Shown one piece after another: positions 46,141 to 57,934 of a stretch of DNA of 64,000 bases (position 1 is the first letter of the stretch; the number at the start of each line of letters is the position of its first letter). Origin of the DNA: Chrysemys picta bellii (taxonomy: Eukaryota); the NCBI RefSeq assembly GCF_011386835.1, contig NC_088803.1, positions 11,718,001 to 11,782,000 on the forward strand. The letters are read 5' to 3'. Below the pieces are notes generated by a model. The model did not search any database and was not told the DNA's origin. It saw only the letters and a program-made list of their open reading frames with translations. A program made the position numbers and the translations under genes.

Positions 46141-46639
46141 CAGGGGTGAAAGTGAACCGGTAGGGGCAGGTATGGCATACCGGTAAGAACTGCACTGGCC
46201 CATACCTAGCCCACATTAAAGCACTTTAATGTCCCTGCCCCTTTTGCCTCCCCTGTAGGCAGCCCTGCTGGTAGGGTTCTTACCGGCAGGGCCGCCTACA
46301 GGGGAGGCAAGCTTTAAGGACTGTCCTTTGCTGTGGCAGTACGTTACTGTCCCTGCCCCTTTTGCCCCACCCCCCCAGCCGCCGACGGGCGGGGTGGGGC
46401 AGAGGGATCAGCTGCCCTGGGGCCGGCAATTTAAAAGGGCCTGGGGTTCCGGACACTGCTGCTGCTGCCACAGCAGTGGCATCCGAAGCCCCGGGCCCTT
46501 TAAATCAACACGGGAGCCCCAGCAGGCCAGGCGGCCTAGAAGGGCTGGCTGGGGGATGCTGACCCCCAGCCCCGCCCCTTCCACCTGAGGCCTGCCCCGG
46601 CCCCATACCAGTAAGTGTCCTGACCTACCTTTACCCCTG
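46141..46639. mobile_element. hAT-type non-autonomous transposon, 499 bp, 8-bp TSD GTGACCAG
   Basis: TIR caggggtgaaag / ctttacccctg; perfect TSD at 46133-46140 and 46640-46647; GC-rich interior. Confidence 0.92.
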
Positions 46640-47852
46640 GTGACCAGACATCATTTTCACCTGCTCTGCTGCTACCAGTCCTATTTATTGAGAGCCTTAC
46701 ACAACGGGTCTGAGACATCAGTGTGTTACTCCACTTTCAACATCCTTGCCATGATTCAGCCCCCTCCTTAATGCCAGTACAATGGCTTTAATTTCAAAAG
46801 TTTCAAGCATTTTTTCTCATGAAAGGTGGACCTAGAATGAAGAAATTGGAAAACAACCAGCCAAATGGCCTACTATATAGGGACCAATTCTAGAAAGGAG
46901 AGTAGAATATGAATGTCCACTGCCTTGCACCTTGAGTACTCATTCACACCTCTGAATGAGACTATAAATGTCAACGCAGTCATTTTGATTTACACCAGAG
47001 TCTTTTAGAGAGGAACCAGGACCTATCATTCTATTCTGGTAGCATTTTACATCTGCACTGTCATTATTCTGTACAGCTGTAATCCATTACAGAAGACACA
47101 AGGTCATGGAAAATCATGCCCGCATATACCGTGGTTTATTTCAAACCTTGGCAAAACAGGGCAGTGGTGAATGAGAATTCAGAAGGAAGTTTCCTCACAT
47201 GTGGACACTTCTCCCAGGAAGGAGTGACTGAACTACCAGCTTACTTTGCCACAGTCAACCAACCATTCATGATTAAATTAATAGCTGCTGGTCAGCATTG
47301 ACCTTAAATTTGCAATCAAACTAGAGGTAATGCTGTTCATATCTCTTTCGCAGATCTAGGCAATCCATTCACAATAAATACACGTAATTAGAGGACAATC
47401 ATGTGCACATATCATCTAACATACAATTTTTTGACATACAGAACATCAACATTTTTTTCCAAAAATCCCATTTTTCAACATCATTTTTCATTGTAAATTT
47501 TAGCTGAGATGAAAAAAAAAATCTGTGCATATTAATCTGAATTGTAGATGAGTTTTTGTAATTTTTCTCTGTGTGCTTCAAGCAGCTACAGAGACAAGCA
47601 TCATTTCTGAAACTTCGGTGACTTTTTTGGCCAAAATGTTTAATTTCAAGCCCAACAAAAAATTGACAAAATGTTAACATTTTTGCATGTTTCATTTTGC
47701 AGTGTTTGGACACTAGTTCAACCGTAACATTGAATGCCATGGTTGTCAATGGAGCTACTCCAAATTTGCACAATTGTGTAACTGATATCAGAACAAGATC
47801 TGTGCCCAAATTACTTTCTTTGAGAAAATATTTTTCTCTTCATCCTGCCCCC

Positions 47853-48732
47853 CTACAGTCTCCTTAGAGCCCCTTTCACTTCCTTGTTCCTCAGGTGATA
47901 GATAAAGGGGTTCAAGGTGGGGGTGATGGTTGTGTATATGAGAGCCAGCATTTTGTTGCTGTCTGGTGAGTCAGTGAACTTGGGTCTTAAATAGATCAGG
48001 CTGCCACTCTTGTAATACAATGTCACCACAATGAGATGTGAGGAGCAGGTGGAGAAGGCTTTGTGTCTGCCTTCAGTCAATGCCATCTTTAAGATGGTGG
48101 AGATGATAAAGGTGTAGGACACAATAATGAGAGAAAATGGAGTGAAGATAACCAGTATCGTAGCTGTAAACAACTGCATTTCATACTGAAATGTGTCAAT
48201 GCAAGAAAGCTTAATCAATGGGGGAATATCACAGAAGAAATAGTTAATCTGATTGGACCCATAAAATGGCAAGGTGAAAACCCAGGCTGTCTGTACTAGG
48301 GACACCACATTACCACTGAACCATGAGAGAACTGTCAAGAAAAGGCAGGCCTTCCCGTTCATGATGAACCTGTATCTCAATGGGTTGCATATAACCATGT
48401 AGTGGTCATACGCCATGGCAGCAAGTAGGAAGCACTCTGAGACCCAAAAGAATAGCAGGAAATACATTTGGGCAGACAGCCCACCAGCATCTTGGGGACA
48501 GTGCCTGAGGTGTAGCAGATCTCCAGGAAGGATAAGACTCAGAGAAAGAAATACATGGGGGTGTGAAGGGCTGTGTCCATGGTGATGAGTTCCCCATCAG
48601 GATAATGGTGTAAATGAACAGATAGATGGAGAACAGAGGCATCTCCAGGTCACGGTAGTTGGATAATCCTAGTAGAATGAATTCAGTCACCGTGGTGACG
48701 TTCCCCCCTCTTCATTCCTTTGCATATTTCAT
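47853..48732 (-). pseudogene. OR10-like pseudogene
   Basis: Stop at codon 7 (MKYAKE*), ~13-bp deletion after GN, ~50-bp deletion after PKMLV, DRY changed to DHY, YSLRN changed to YHLRN. Paralog of 55004-55998. Confidence 0.93.
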
Positions 48733-49646
48733 CTGTGGGAGACAACTAATAAGAAGATATCATGTGAAGAAATGACCCACTGAAGGAAATAAGGAGAAAT
48801 AGTCAAAGGCTCACATGGAATGTAGGGTTCCAACTCCCATGGCCATTCAATGGGAGTTGGAGCCCAGCTCCTCAAAGATATGTCAGTGGCTAAACTTTCA
48901 TTGTTTTCTATGCGAGAAAAAATGTCTCAAGGGAAAGAATCATTCCCAAAAGTTCACAGTTTCAGTGTAAAATATCAGGACTGCCTGGAACGGACCCCTC
49001 AACTAGATGGACAGACTCACAGACAGAGCAACACAATGACAGAAAGATCAATAGCTAGATAGACCAATAAACCAATGGATAGATGGACAGATTTCATGTA
49101 AACCCAAGTTACTTGTTTACATTCTATTTTGTTTCAAGTTCCTTTAACCTTCCCTACTGCCCAACTTTGCTGATTTGCACCAGCTGAGTATTTTACCAGT
49201 AGAAACATCTGATGTTCACAGAGCTTACTGTCCTGCTCAGTGAATGCCAAAGAATAATACTGAGATTCTATAAAAAGCTAACTTTCCATTCACCATGACC
49301 AGCTGTAATTTTAAAGCACTTGAGGGCTTTATACTGAAAAGTCAGGGAAGATGGACATGACACTTCTCCTCTTTGTGCTTTAGTTTCTCCAGCTATAGAA
49401 AGGGATGATAATTTTTACGTATCCCTCAGTGGAATTCTGAGGCTAAATTAATTAATATTTATAGAATTATAGACGTGTAGGACAGGAAAGGACCTCAATA
49501 GGTGAACTAGTTCCATCCGCTTCACTCAAGGCAGGACTAAGTAATAACTAGACCATTCATGGCAGGTGGTTGTCTAATCTGGTTTTAAAACCTCCAATGA
49601 CTGAGATTCCACAACTCCCTAGTCAATTGTTCTAGTGCTTAACTCA

Positions 49647-49933
49647 GGCTAGGTCTACACTACCCGCCTGAATTGGCGGGTAGAAATCGACCTCTCGGGG
49701 ATTGATTGATCGCGTCCCGTTGGGACGCGACAATCGATCCCCGAATCAACGCTCTTACTCCACCAGCGAAGGTGGGAGTAAGGGCCGACAACGGGAAGCC
49801 GCAGAGGTCAATTTTGCCGCCGTCCCTACAGTGGGTTAAGTCGGCTGCTATATGTTGAATTCAGCTACGCTATTCACGTAGCTGAATTTGCGTATCTTAA
49901 ATCGACCCCCAACCCCATAGTGTAGACATAGCC
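49647..49933. mobile_element. CpG-rich Harbinger-type MITE, same family as 37250-37518
   Basis: TIR ggctaggtctacacta / tagtgtagacatagcc; flanks TCA/TAA (imperfect TSD). Confidence 0.88.
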
Positions 49934-51118
49934 TAACTTGATAGTTAGGAAATTTTTCCCAATATCCAATCTAATCCTCTCTTGCTGCAATTTAAACACA
50001 TTGCTTCTTGTCCTATCCTCAGAGGTGAACAAAAACATTTTTGGCCTTCTTCTTTGTAACCTTTCATATACTTGAAAACTGTTATCACTTCAGTCTTCAC
50101 TTTTCCAGACTAAACAAACCCAGCTTTTTTTCAATCTTACCTCATAGGTCATATTTTGTAGACCTTTAATCATTTTTGTTGCTCTCCTCTTGACTTTCTC
50201 CAATTTGTCCACATCCTTCCTGAAATGTGGCACCCAGATCTGGACACAGTACTCCAACTGAGGCCTCATCAGCACAGAGTAGAGCGGAAGAACTACTTCT
50301 CGTGTCTTGCTTACAATATACCTGCTAATCCCAGAATGATGTTAGTTTTTTTTGTAACACTGTTACACTGTTGACTCATATTTCGGTTGTCATTTTCCAG
50401 TTTGTATCCGTGCAACTGATTGTTCCTTCCTTAGTGGAGTACTTTGCATTTGTCCTTATTGAATTTCATCCTGTTTACTTCAGACCATTTCTCCAGTTTG
50501 TCCAAATCATTTTCAATTTTCATCCTATCCTCCAAAGCACTTGCAATCCCTCCCAGCTTGGTATCATCCAAAAATGTTATCAGTGTACTCTCTTTTCCAT
50601 TATCTAAATCATTGATGAAGATATTGAACAAAACTGGACCCAGTACTGATCCCTGCGGGACCCCACTCATTATGCCCTTCCAGCATGATCTCAACTACTG
50701 ATAACTACTCTCTGGGAATGATTTTCCAAACAGTTATGCATCCACCTCATAGTAGCTCCATCTAGGTTGTATTTCCCTAATTTGTTTATTAGAAGGTCAT
50801 GTGAGACAGTATCAAAAGCTTTGCTAAAGTCAAGACATACCACATTTAGTGCTTTCCCCTATCCACAAGCCTTGTTACTCTGTCATTTGGTTTGACATGA
50901 TTTGTTCTTGACAGTGACAGTAACTTATCATCTTCCAGGTGTTTAAAGATTGATTGCTGGATTATTTGCTCCTTTATCTTTCCAGGTACTGAAGTTATGC
51001 TGACTGGGCTGTAGTTCCTCAAGTTTTCCTTACTCCTCTATTTATAGATGGGCACTATATGTGCTCTCTTCCAGTTTTGTGGAATATCTCCCATCTTGTA
51101 TGACTTTTCAAAGATAAT

Positions 51119-51310
51119 ATAGCTCAGTGATTTGAGCATTGGCCTGCTAAACCCAGGGTTGTGAGCTCAATCCTTGAGGGGGCCACTTAGGGATCTAGGG
51201 CAAAAACAGTACTTAGTCCTGCTAGTGAAGGCAGGGGGCTGGACTCAATGACCTTTCAAGGTCCCTTCCAGTTTTAGGAGATAGGATATCTCCATTAATT
51301 TATTTATTTT
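51119..51310 (+). mobile_element. tRNA-derived SINE with CR1-derived 3' tail (turtle polIII/SINE type)
   Basis: A-box-like tagctcagtgatttgagc, B-box-like gagctcaatcc, then ggactcaatgacctttcaaggtcccttcca (CR1 tail) and an AT tail. Confidence 0.88.
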
Positions 51311-51970
51311 AGATATCTCCTCAGTCAGTTCCTTGAGTATTCTAGGATGTATTTCATCAGTCCCTGCTCACTTGAAGACCTCTTACACGTCTAAGCAATT
51401 TTTAACTTGTTCTTTCCCTATTTTAGCCTCAGATCCTAACTCATTTATAGACCATGTTGAGATCCTCAAGTAGCGGGTGGTATGGAAATGCAAATTGATA
51501 TCTTTATTATTGAATCAAAGACATTCCTAAATAATTGTTGATAATTCAAGTAAAAATGGAATTGATTATTTTTTCATAATATATGGACAAGAGCCAAAAT
51601 TCATTGCTTTTTTTTTTTTTTTTTTTTAAATAAAGGCTCATAGAAAACTGGAGATAATAAAAAGGAGAAGGGAAAATATGAATATTGTTGTGGGGGAAGG
51701 GAATTAAACAATCTAAAATATGAAGAAACTTCCAGAGATTTGGAGTATGTGACTATATGACTGCCAGAAAATATAACAACTATGGATAGACATGTAGAGG
51801 GTTGTAAAGGAGAGTAGAGCTGATTGAAACATTTCAGTTGAATGTTTTTGGTAAGAAAATGCTGATTAAACAAAATCTGAATGTTCACCTGGAATGTTTT
51901 ATTTTTATCTAAATTTGTTTGGGAAATTCATATTGTGGGGGGGAAATGATTTAATCTTTATCATTTCAAA

Positions 51971-52030
51971 TATAATATAATATAATATAATATAATATAA
52001 TATAATATAATATAATATAATATAATATAA
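51971..52030. repeat. (TATAA)12 microsatellite
   Basis: Perfect repeat, seen directly. Confidence 0.97.
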
Positions 52031-52389
52031 ATTTCAACTTATTAAATCCTCCCAACATTTTTACCTTATTGAAATGCTATATTTCAGAATATTTTGTTTC
52101 ACTGAAAAAATCTGAAATGTTGACTTTTTGGCCTGATTTGGGATAAAACCAAATTCTGAAATTACTCATTTTTTCCAGGACAGAAATTCAATTTTTAGAC
52201 TAGCCCTGAAAAAGGTATAAGGCATTGTTCCTATTCTTATTTCTGATGATAGTAATGATGAATAACTAGCCAGTTCTTTGAGACCTTACTGATTACCATT
52301 TGAATTGTTCCCTGAGCAATTCCACAGAAACCAATGTGATTATTTATGGAACAAGGTCCCTTTCAGGCTGAAAGTATTAAAATATGTCC

Positions 52390-52600
52390 CCTAACATTTA
52401 TACAGCACCTTCCAACTCAGGTTCTCTGAGGAACTAACATCAGTTGTGCCAGCTTCACAACCTCTGGCTGTGGCAGGTCACTATTTACCCCACTTTTGCA
52501 GATGGAGAAACTGAGGCACAAAGAGGAAAGAAGCAATTCTCCATCAAGGTCCCACAACAAGCTTGTGGTGGGGGCAGTAAGAGATTCTGGATCTCATGAG
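52390..52600. mobile_element. MIR/CORE-SINE relic (paralog at ~59660-59850)
   Basis: Core ttttgcagatggagaaactgaggcaca. Confidence 0.65.
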
Positions 52601-53333
52601 TTGCCCAGGTCTAAGCACAGAATTACCCCTGAATATACCCTATACATATGAGAGTGTAACCCTCAGCAGAAACCCAGTGATATGACCGATCATATTACAC
52701 ACATGGGGGCCATGTCTCTATACAGAGACAGACAAGCTTTTTATTTCATGCACCCACTTCCATTCTAAAGACAGAAGTAATGTCTTCATGAATAAAGAGG
52801 CTGCAGAGACCACAGCCTGGACACCTTGGATTTCAGGAAAAAAACAACATCTGTAAGGGATCACTTAAAGCCAACTGCTACAATCTAGAAAATTTTGCCA
52901 CATGAGGTGGCTTATTCATGTGTGCCATTGCAAAATTGAGCCCTGGATAAATGTCTGATAAAGTAGACAATCCTATTGCTATACACTTCTAGATTTCCAG
53001 AATCAGGAAAATCTGTGTAAAATTAAAATGTAATTGGCAATAACTTAATTCAGTGTCTGAGAGCTCTGAAAATCACGGGGAATTAAAAATGATTAAATAA
53101 AGATAACAATTAAATAAAAAGAGGACATATACTTCATCATTAGCATTAATTCTATGCAATCACTTTCTACAAATAAAGTAATAAAACACAATACAATCTC
53201 TCAGTTGCCTTCACGTTAATTATAAGATACTGGTTTCTCCCTTTATTGATTGCCAGACTCTGCCAGATATGGAACTATGTCTGTCTGATTTACTAGAGTG
53301 GTAGGTTCTGGTTTGCATTGCTTGTGGGACACC

Positions 53334-53336
53334 TTT

Positions 53337-53396
<60 letters not shown>

Positions 53397-53397
53397 T
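53334..53397. repeat. (TTTC)n microsatellite at the tail of an L2/MIR-like relic (~53400-53510)
   Basis: Repeat seen directly; the relic contains aagacaacccttgtccc...aactt. Confidence 0.9.
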
Positions 53398-53989
53398 GAA
53401 CTGAGATAATATCTAGGAGTCCCGATCATGCATCAGGACCACATTGTTCTATGCTCTGGACAAACCCGAGCAAAAAGACAACCCTTGTCCCATCGAACTT
53501 CCAGTATAATTACATCATTTCCCAATCTGTATGCCTGTTGGAAGATTTTACATTATTATTTGGAGCCCTGGGGATGGCTAATGTTCGGAATTTCCAACAA
53601 GAGGCACCTATTTAATTGCAGTTTTTAATTTCTTCGGGAAAGCAAGAAAAATACTCAGGACCGATCCTCAGCCTGTGTACATTCTCTGCTACAATTTAGA
53701 ATTTATCGTGGGTTTCTGTACTGAGATAGCTCAAGGCACAATGCAACTTTCTCTTTTGGACTAGTCCCAAAGGAGGGCTCATTACTCTCATTTAGAAGAG
53801 ACTTGTGCTTTTAGAAGTGAAGAAATAAGTTTCCTCTCTATTCTCCCCATGTCCCTGGTTTTATTCGATTCATACCATAACTGTGTGTGTTGTTTGTAAT
53901 GCCTGGGTACACACTTCACTGATTGAGTACCACCAGAATACAGAGAAAAGTCTGATTCTGTCTACATTATTTATGTTGACCTGTACAGT

Positions 53990-54386
53990 ACTGTCCATGG
54001 TAGCCCAATGAAATCAAGTAAGCTTCTTGCATGGAGTGACACCTACCTCAAGAAGATCAACTTGTTTGCTTTCAGGATCTTCAGAAGGTGAGCAACATTC
54101 CTATGTATAGTCCTGTCCTATGTATACCTCATCTCCACCATCCTGAGAGATGCTCTATGAAGTGGAAACTTTTTCCACCTGTATGTCTCACCTGACTGTC
54201 CTCCTCCTGTTTTGTGACACCCAAGTTGGGCCCATCTCCAGCTACTCGCTGAATAATGACAGGGTGTTGCCTGTGCTTTACAACACAGTCACCTCTCATG
54301 CTGAAGCCATTGAGCTACACCCTGAAGAACAGGGTGTGAAAGTGGAACTGAGAAAAGTCTTGATGGGGAAATTGTATTTGCAATGA
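53990..54386 (+). pseudogene. Highly degraded OR pseudogene, C-terminal half
   Basis: IVLSYVYLISTILR, FSTCMSHLTVLLLF, PISSYSLNNDRVLPVLY and, after a frameshift, LKPLSYTLKNRV correspond to OR TM5-TM7 motifs. Confidence 0.8.
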
Positions 54387-55003
54387 AATTGGAAATGTTT
54401 TTCTCTAGGGCTTGTGAATATCTTCTAGGTGCTAAAGGACTCTCGTTTTCTCATTTCATTTTCTGCTCTGTGTTTAGTAGAAATGGTGAAAAAATTACAA
54501 AACAAATGAAGTTACTTTCATTTGGTAACTTCAAATGGACCTATTTTTGTCTTTTTCGTGAAATTTTCTATTGTACTTTATTGTTTACTATTCATGCTCA
54601 TTTTCTACAATTTTACTGAAATTTTGTTCAAAACCATTCTCAAAATGGTTAGCTTGCAGCACATGAACATTGTCTTCCAAAATTAGCTTTTTTAACAACA
54701 TATTTCATTGCAATTTTGAGTTAAAATGAAAAAAAATCCGTGCATATTCACATTAAATGTAGATGAATTTTTGAGATTTTTCTGTGTGTTTCAAGCAGCA
54801 GTATATATGATCAACATTTCTGAAACTTTGATGCCTTTTTCTGGCCAAAATTTCTAATTTCATCCCCCCAGAAAATTGACAAAATGTTTTCAACATTTTT
54901 GTGTGTTTCATTTTGCAGTTTTAAGAAACTACTTCAACGGTAGCAGTGAATGGCATTGACATCAAAGGAACTACTCAAGATTTATGCAGTTGGATAACTG
55001 ATC

Positions 55004-55998
55004 TCAGAACAGGACCTGTATCCCAATTATTTTCTTTGAGAAAATATTTTTTCCTTTCAGCCCATCCCACAACAATCTCCACACAGCACCTTTCACCTCA
55101 TTGTTCCTCAGGCTGTAGACTATAGGGTTCAAGATGGGGTGATGGTTGTATACATCAGAGCCAGCACTTTGTTGCTGTCCGGTGAGTTAGTGGACTTGGG
55201 TCTTAAATAGATCAGGCCACTGCTCCCATAATACAATATCACCACAATGAGGTGTGAGGAGCAGGTGGAGAAAGCTTTGTGTCTGCCATCAGCCGAAGCC
55301 ATCTTTAAAATGGTGGAGATAATAACAATGTAGGACACAAGGATGAGAGAAAATGGAGTGAAGTTGACCAGTATAGTAGCTGTAAACAACTGCATTTCAT
55401 ATGAAGAGGTGTCAGTGCAAGAAAGCTTAAGCAATGGGGGAATGTCACAGAAGAAATAGTTAATCTGATTGGACCCACAAAATGGCAAGTTGAAAACCCA
55501 GGTTGTCTGTACTAGGGATACCACGTTACCACTGAACCAAGAGAGAACTACCAATGAAAGGCAGACCCTCCTGTTCATGATGAGTCTGTACCTCAATGGG
55601 TTGCATATGGCCACATAGCGGTCATACGCCATTGCAGCCAGAAGGAAGCACTCAGAGATTCCAAGGAAGAGCAGGAAGTACATTTGTGCAGCACAACCCA
55701 CATAGGAAATGCTCCTGTTGTCTGAGAGGAGGTTCACCAGCATCTTAGGGATGGTGACCGAGGTGTAGCAGATCTCCAGGAAGGATAAGACTCTGAGAAA
55801 GAAATACATAGGGGTTTGAAGGGCTGTGTCTATGGTGATGAGGATGATGAGGATGTTCCCCATCAGGGTAATCAAGTAAATTAACAGATAGATGGAGAAC
55901 AGAGGCACCTGCAGCTCATGGTGGTTGGACAATCCCAGTAGAATGAATTCAGTCACTGTGGTGAGGTTCCCCATTCTTGATTCCTTTGCATATTTCAT
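55004..55998 (-). pseudogene. OR10-like gene broken by a single 1-bp deletion in TM7 (restored frame 331 aa)
   Basis: 289-aa ORF with intact motifs to TTITP. Adding one C at 55136-55139 restores ILNPIVYSLRNNEVKGAVWRLL...VLF*. Acceptor ctcccacag abuts the ATG. Confidence 0.9.
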
Positions 55999-56229
55999 CT
56001 GTGGGAGACAATAAATACCTGGTTATCATGTGAAGAAGTGACCTACTGCAGGAAATAAGGAGAAATAGTCAAAGGCACACATTCTCCAATGGACATTCTA
56101 TGAGAGTTGGGGGTCATGTCCTCAAAGATATTTCAGTGGTTCACTCCCTTTGATTTCTATGGGAGTTAGGCACCTAAATACCTTTAAGGATCTGTACCTG
56201 GGTGTTTTACTGCCCCATGTGCATTTTGT

Positions 56230-57934
56230 TGGTGATGGTAATGCAACATTAAGGTCTGTATATTTGCCTGAGATAGACTTTTGGGTTTTGTTTGGCCATT
56301 TGAATTTTGAGGTTTTTAAAACACAATTGTTTATGTCTTACTATCATGTGTGAGCAAAGAACAAGGACACCATATCTTGCTTCTGCCTAGCCAGTTGGAA
56401 TTACAGCCCGATAAGAAAAGATAAGGAAGAGAGTTAAAGTGTTGCTGGGCACGGTGGGCGGTTGATATACATATATAGAATTCCTTTCCCAAGACAAGGT
56501 CAAACAACCGGTTCGAAGGGGTGAGGTGGATGGGTGGAGGTATAAGAAACACCAAAAGCCAAAGAAATGGTGACCCTGGCTGAAACACAACCTCACTCTC
56601 TACCCCTCCCATGGGATAAAAAAGAGGTGGTACTGAAACCTCCAGACTCACGAACCTCCAAAACATAACATGACCATAAATTGTAAGGAGTGGGACCAGG
56701 GTTGTGCACTAGAGGCATAATTAAGCCTGATTAGAAGGAGGAGGTGGGAAAAAAGATCAAATAAAGTTCTACAGGTGTACAGAGCTGTGGATTATGCTTG
56801 CTTGGTAACCCCAGTAGGGTTACCATTCGTCCGGATTTATCCGGACATGTCCTCCTTTTGTGTGCTAAAAATAGCGTCCGGGGGGAATTTGTAAAGCACT
56901 CACAATGTCCGGGATTAGCAGAGCGAGTGGCTGGGAGGGCTGCAGGGAAGTCCCGGGCTGGATTCAGGAGCAGCTGTAGAGGAGCCGGATCCGCCCTGCA
57001 TTCTGAGCCAGCAGCTCCCTTGCAGCCCAGTCCAGCAGCACTGTGCAGGGCCAGACCGGGTTTTGTTGTGCAGGGCCAGGGACCAGGTTTTGTTGTGCTG
57101 GGGAGCTCAGCCACGTGTCCGGCTCGGCTGCACAGAGCCCAACACTCTGTTCTGAGCAGCAGGGTAAGGAGGTCAGGGGGCAGGAAGGTTCTGGAGGTGG
57201 AGGTCAAGAAACGGGGGGGGCTTTTGGGGGGGAGTGGAGAAAGTTTTGGGCAGTCAGGGTACAGGTAGGGGGTAGGGTCCTGGGGGGCAGTTGGGGGGGG
57301 GGTCTTAGGAGGGGGCAGTTAGGGGACAAGGAACAGGGAGTCTTAGGTAGGGGGTGGGGTTCTGGAGGGCAGTTAGGAGCAGGGGTCCCAGGAGGGGGCA
57401 GTCAGGGGACAAGGAGCAGGGGGGGAGTGTTTGGGAGTTCTGGGGGGGGCTGTCAGGTGGCAGGGGTGGGGAGATGGATCGGAGCAGTCAGGGGACAGGG
57501 AGCAGAGGGGTTTAGATGGGTTGGGAGTTCTGGGGGGGGCTGTCAGGGGGTGGGGAGTGGTTGGATGGGGCGTGGGAGTCCCAGGGGTCTGTCTGGGGGT
57601 GGGGGTGTGGATAAGGGTTGGGGCAGTCAGGGGACAAGAGGCAGGGAGGCTTAGATAGGGAGTGGAGTCCTGGGGGGCAGTTAGGGGCAGGGGTCCCAGG
57701 AGGGGGCAGTCAGGGGACAAGGAACGGGGGGAGGGTTGGGGGTTCTGGGGGGGCGGGAAGTGGGAGGGGCAGGGGCGGGGCTAGGGCGGGGCTCCTCCCG
57801 TCCTCTTTTTTTCTTGCTGAAATATGGTAACCCTAAACCCCAGTAAACATCGCATTGCCTGCACTTTGGACTCCGGCCTTCTGCTTTCTGTCTGCGTGAC
57901 AAGAGCCAAGGGAGGCTGAGGGGAAGCCCTAATA
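56230..57934 (+). mobile_element. LTR-like element (5' boundary uncertain) interrupted by a hAT element
   Basis: 3' end cccca(g)taaacatcgcattgcctgcac...gggaagccctaata resembles the R/U5 end of the 17192 LTR family; absent from the paralogous unit. Confidence 0.5.
56815..57835. mobile_element. hAT-type non-autonomous transposon, 1021 bp, TIR TAGGGTTACCAT, 8-bp TSD AACCCCAG; G-rich minisatellite interior
   Basis: Perfect 12-bp TIRs; TSD at 56807-56814 and 57836-57843; repeats of ggggcagtcagggga / gggagttctggggggg at ~57160-57790. Confidence 0.95.

Larger units (their letters stand above)
49461..51455 (-). mobile_element. CR1 LINE, 5'-truncated and decayed; host to a MITE and a SINE
   Basis: Antisense 3' tail at 49461. 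ORF 50431-50694 gives SGVPQGSVLGPVLFNIFINDLD...DDTKLGG. CR1 sequence resumes after both inserts. Confidence 0.93.

Noticed and set aside
46280-46718. Several overlapping ORFs in a GC-rich island
   Set aside because: They lie within the 499-bp hAT MITE defined by TIR and TSD; not a CpG-island gene.
51119-51180. tRNA-like sequence with A and B boxes
   Set aside because: It continues into a CR1-derived tail, so it is a SINE head, not a tRNA gene; no complete cloverleaf.
56731-57902. Cluster of long overlapping Gly/Pro/Ala-rich ORFs on both strands
   Set aside because: Artefact of the stop-poor GC-rich hAT interior and minisatellite; no transposase motifs.
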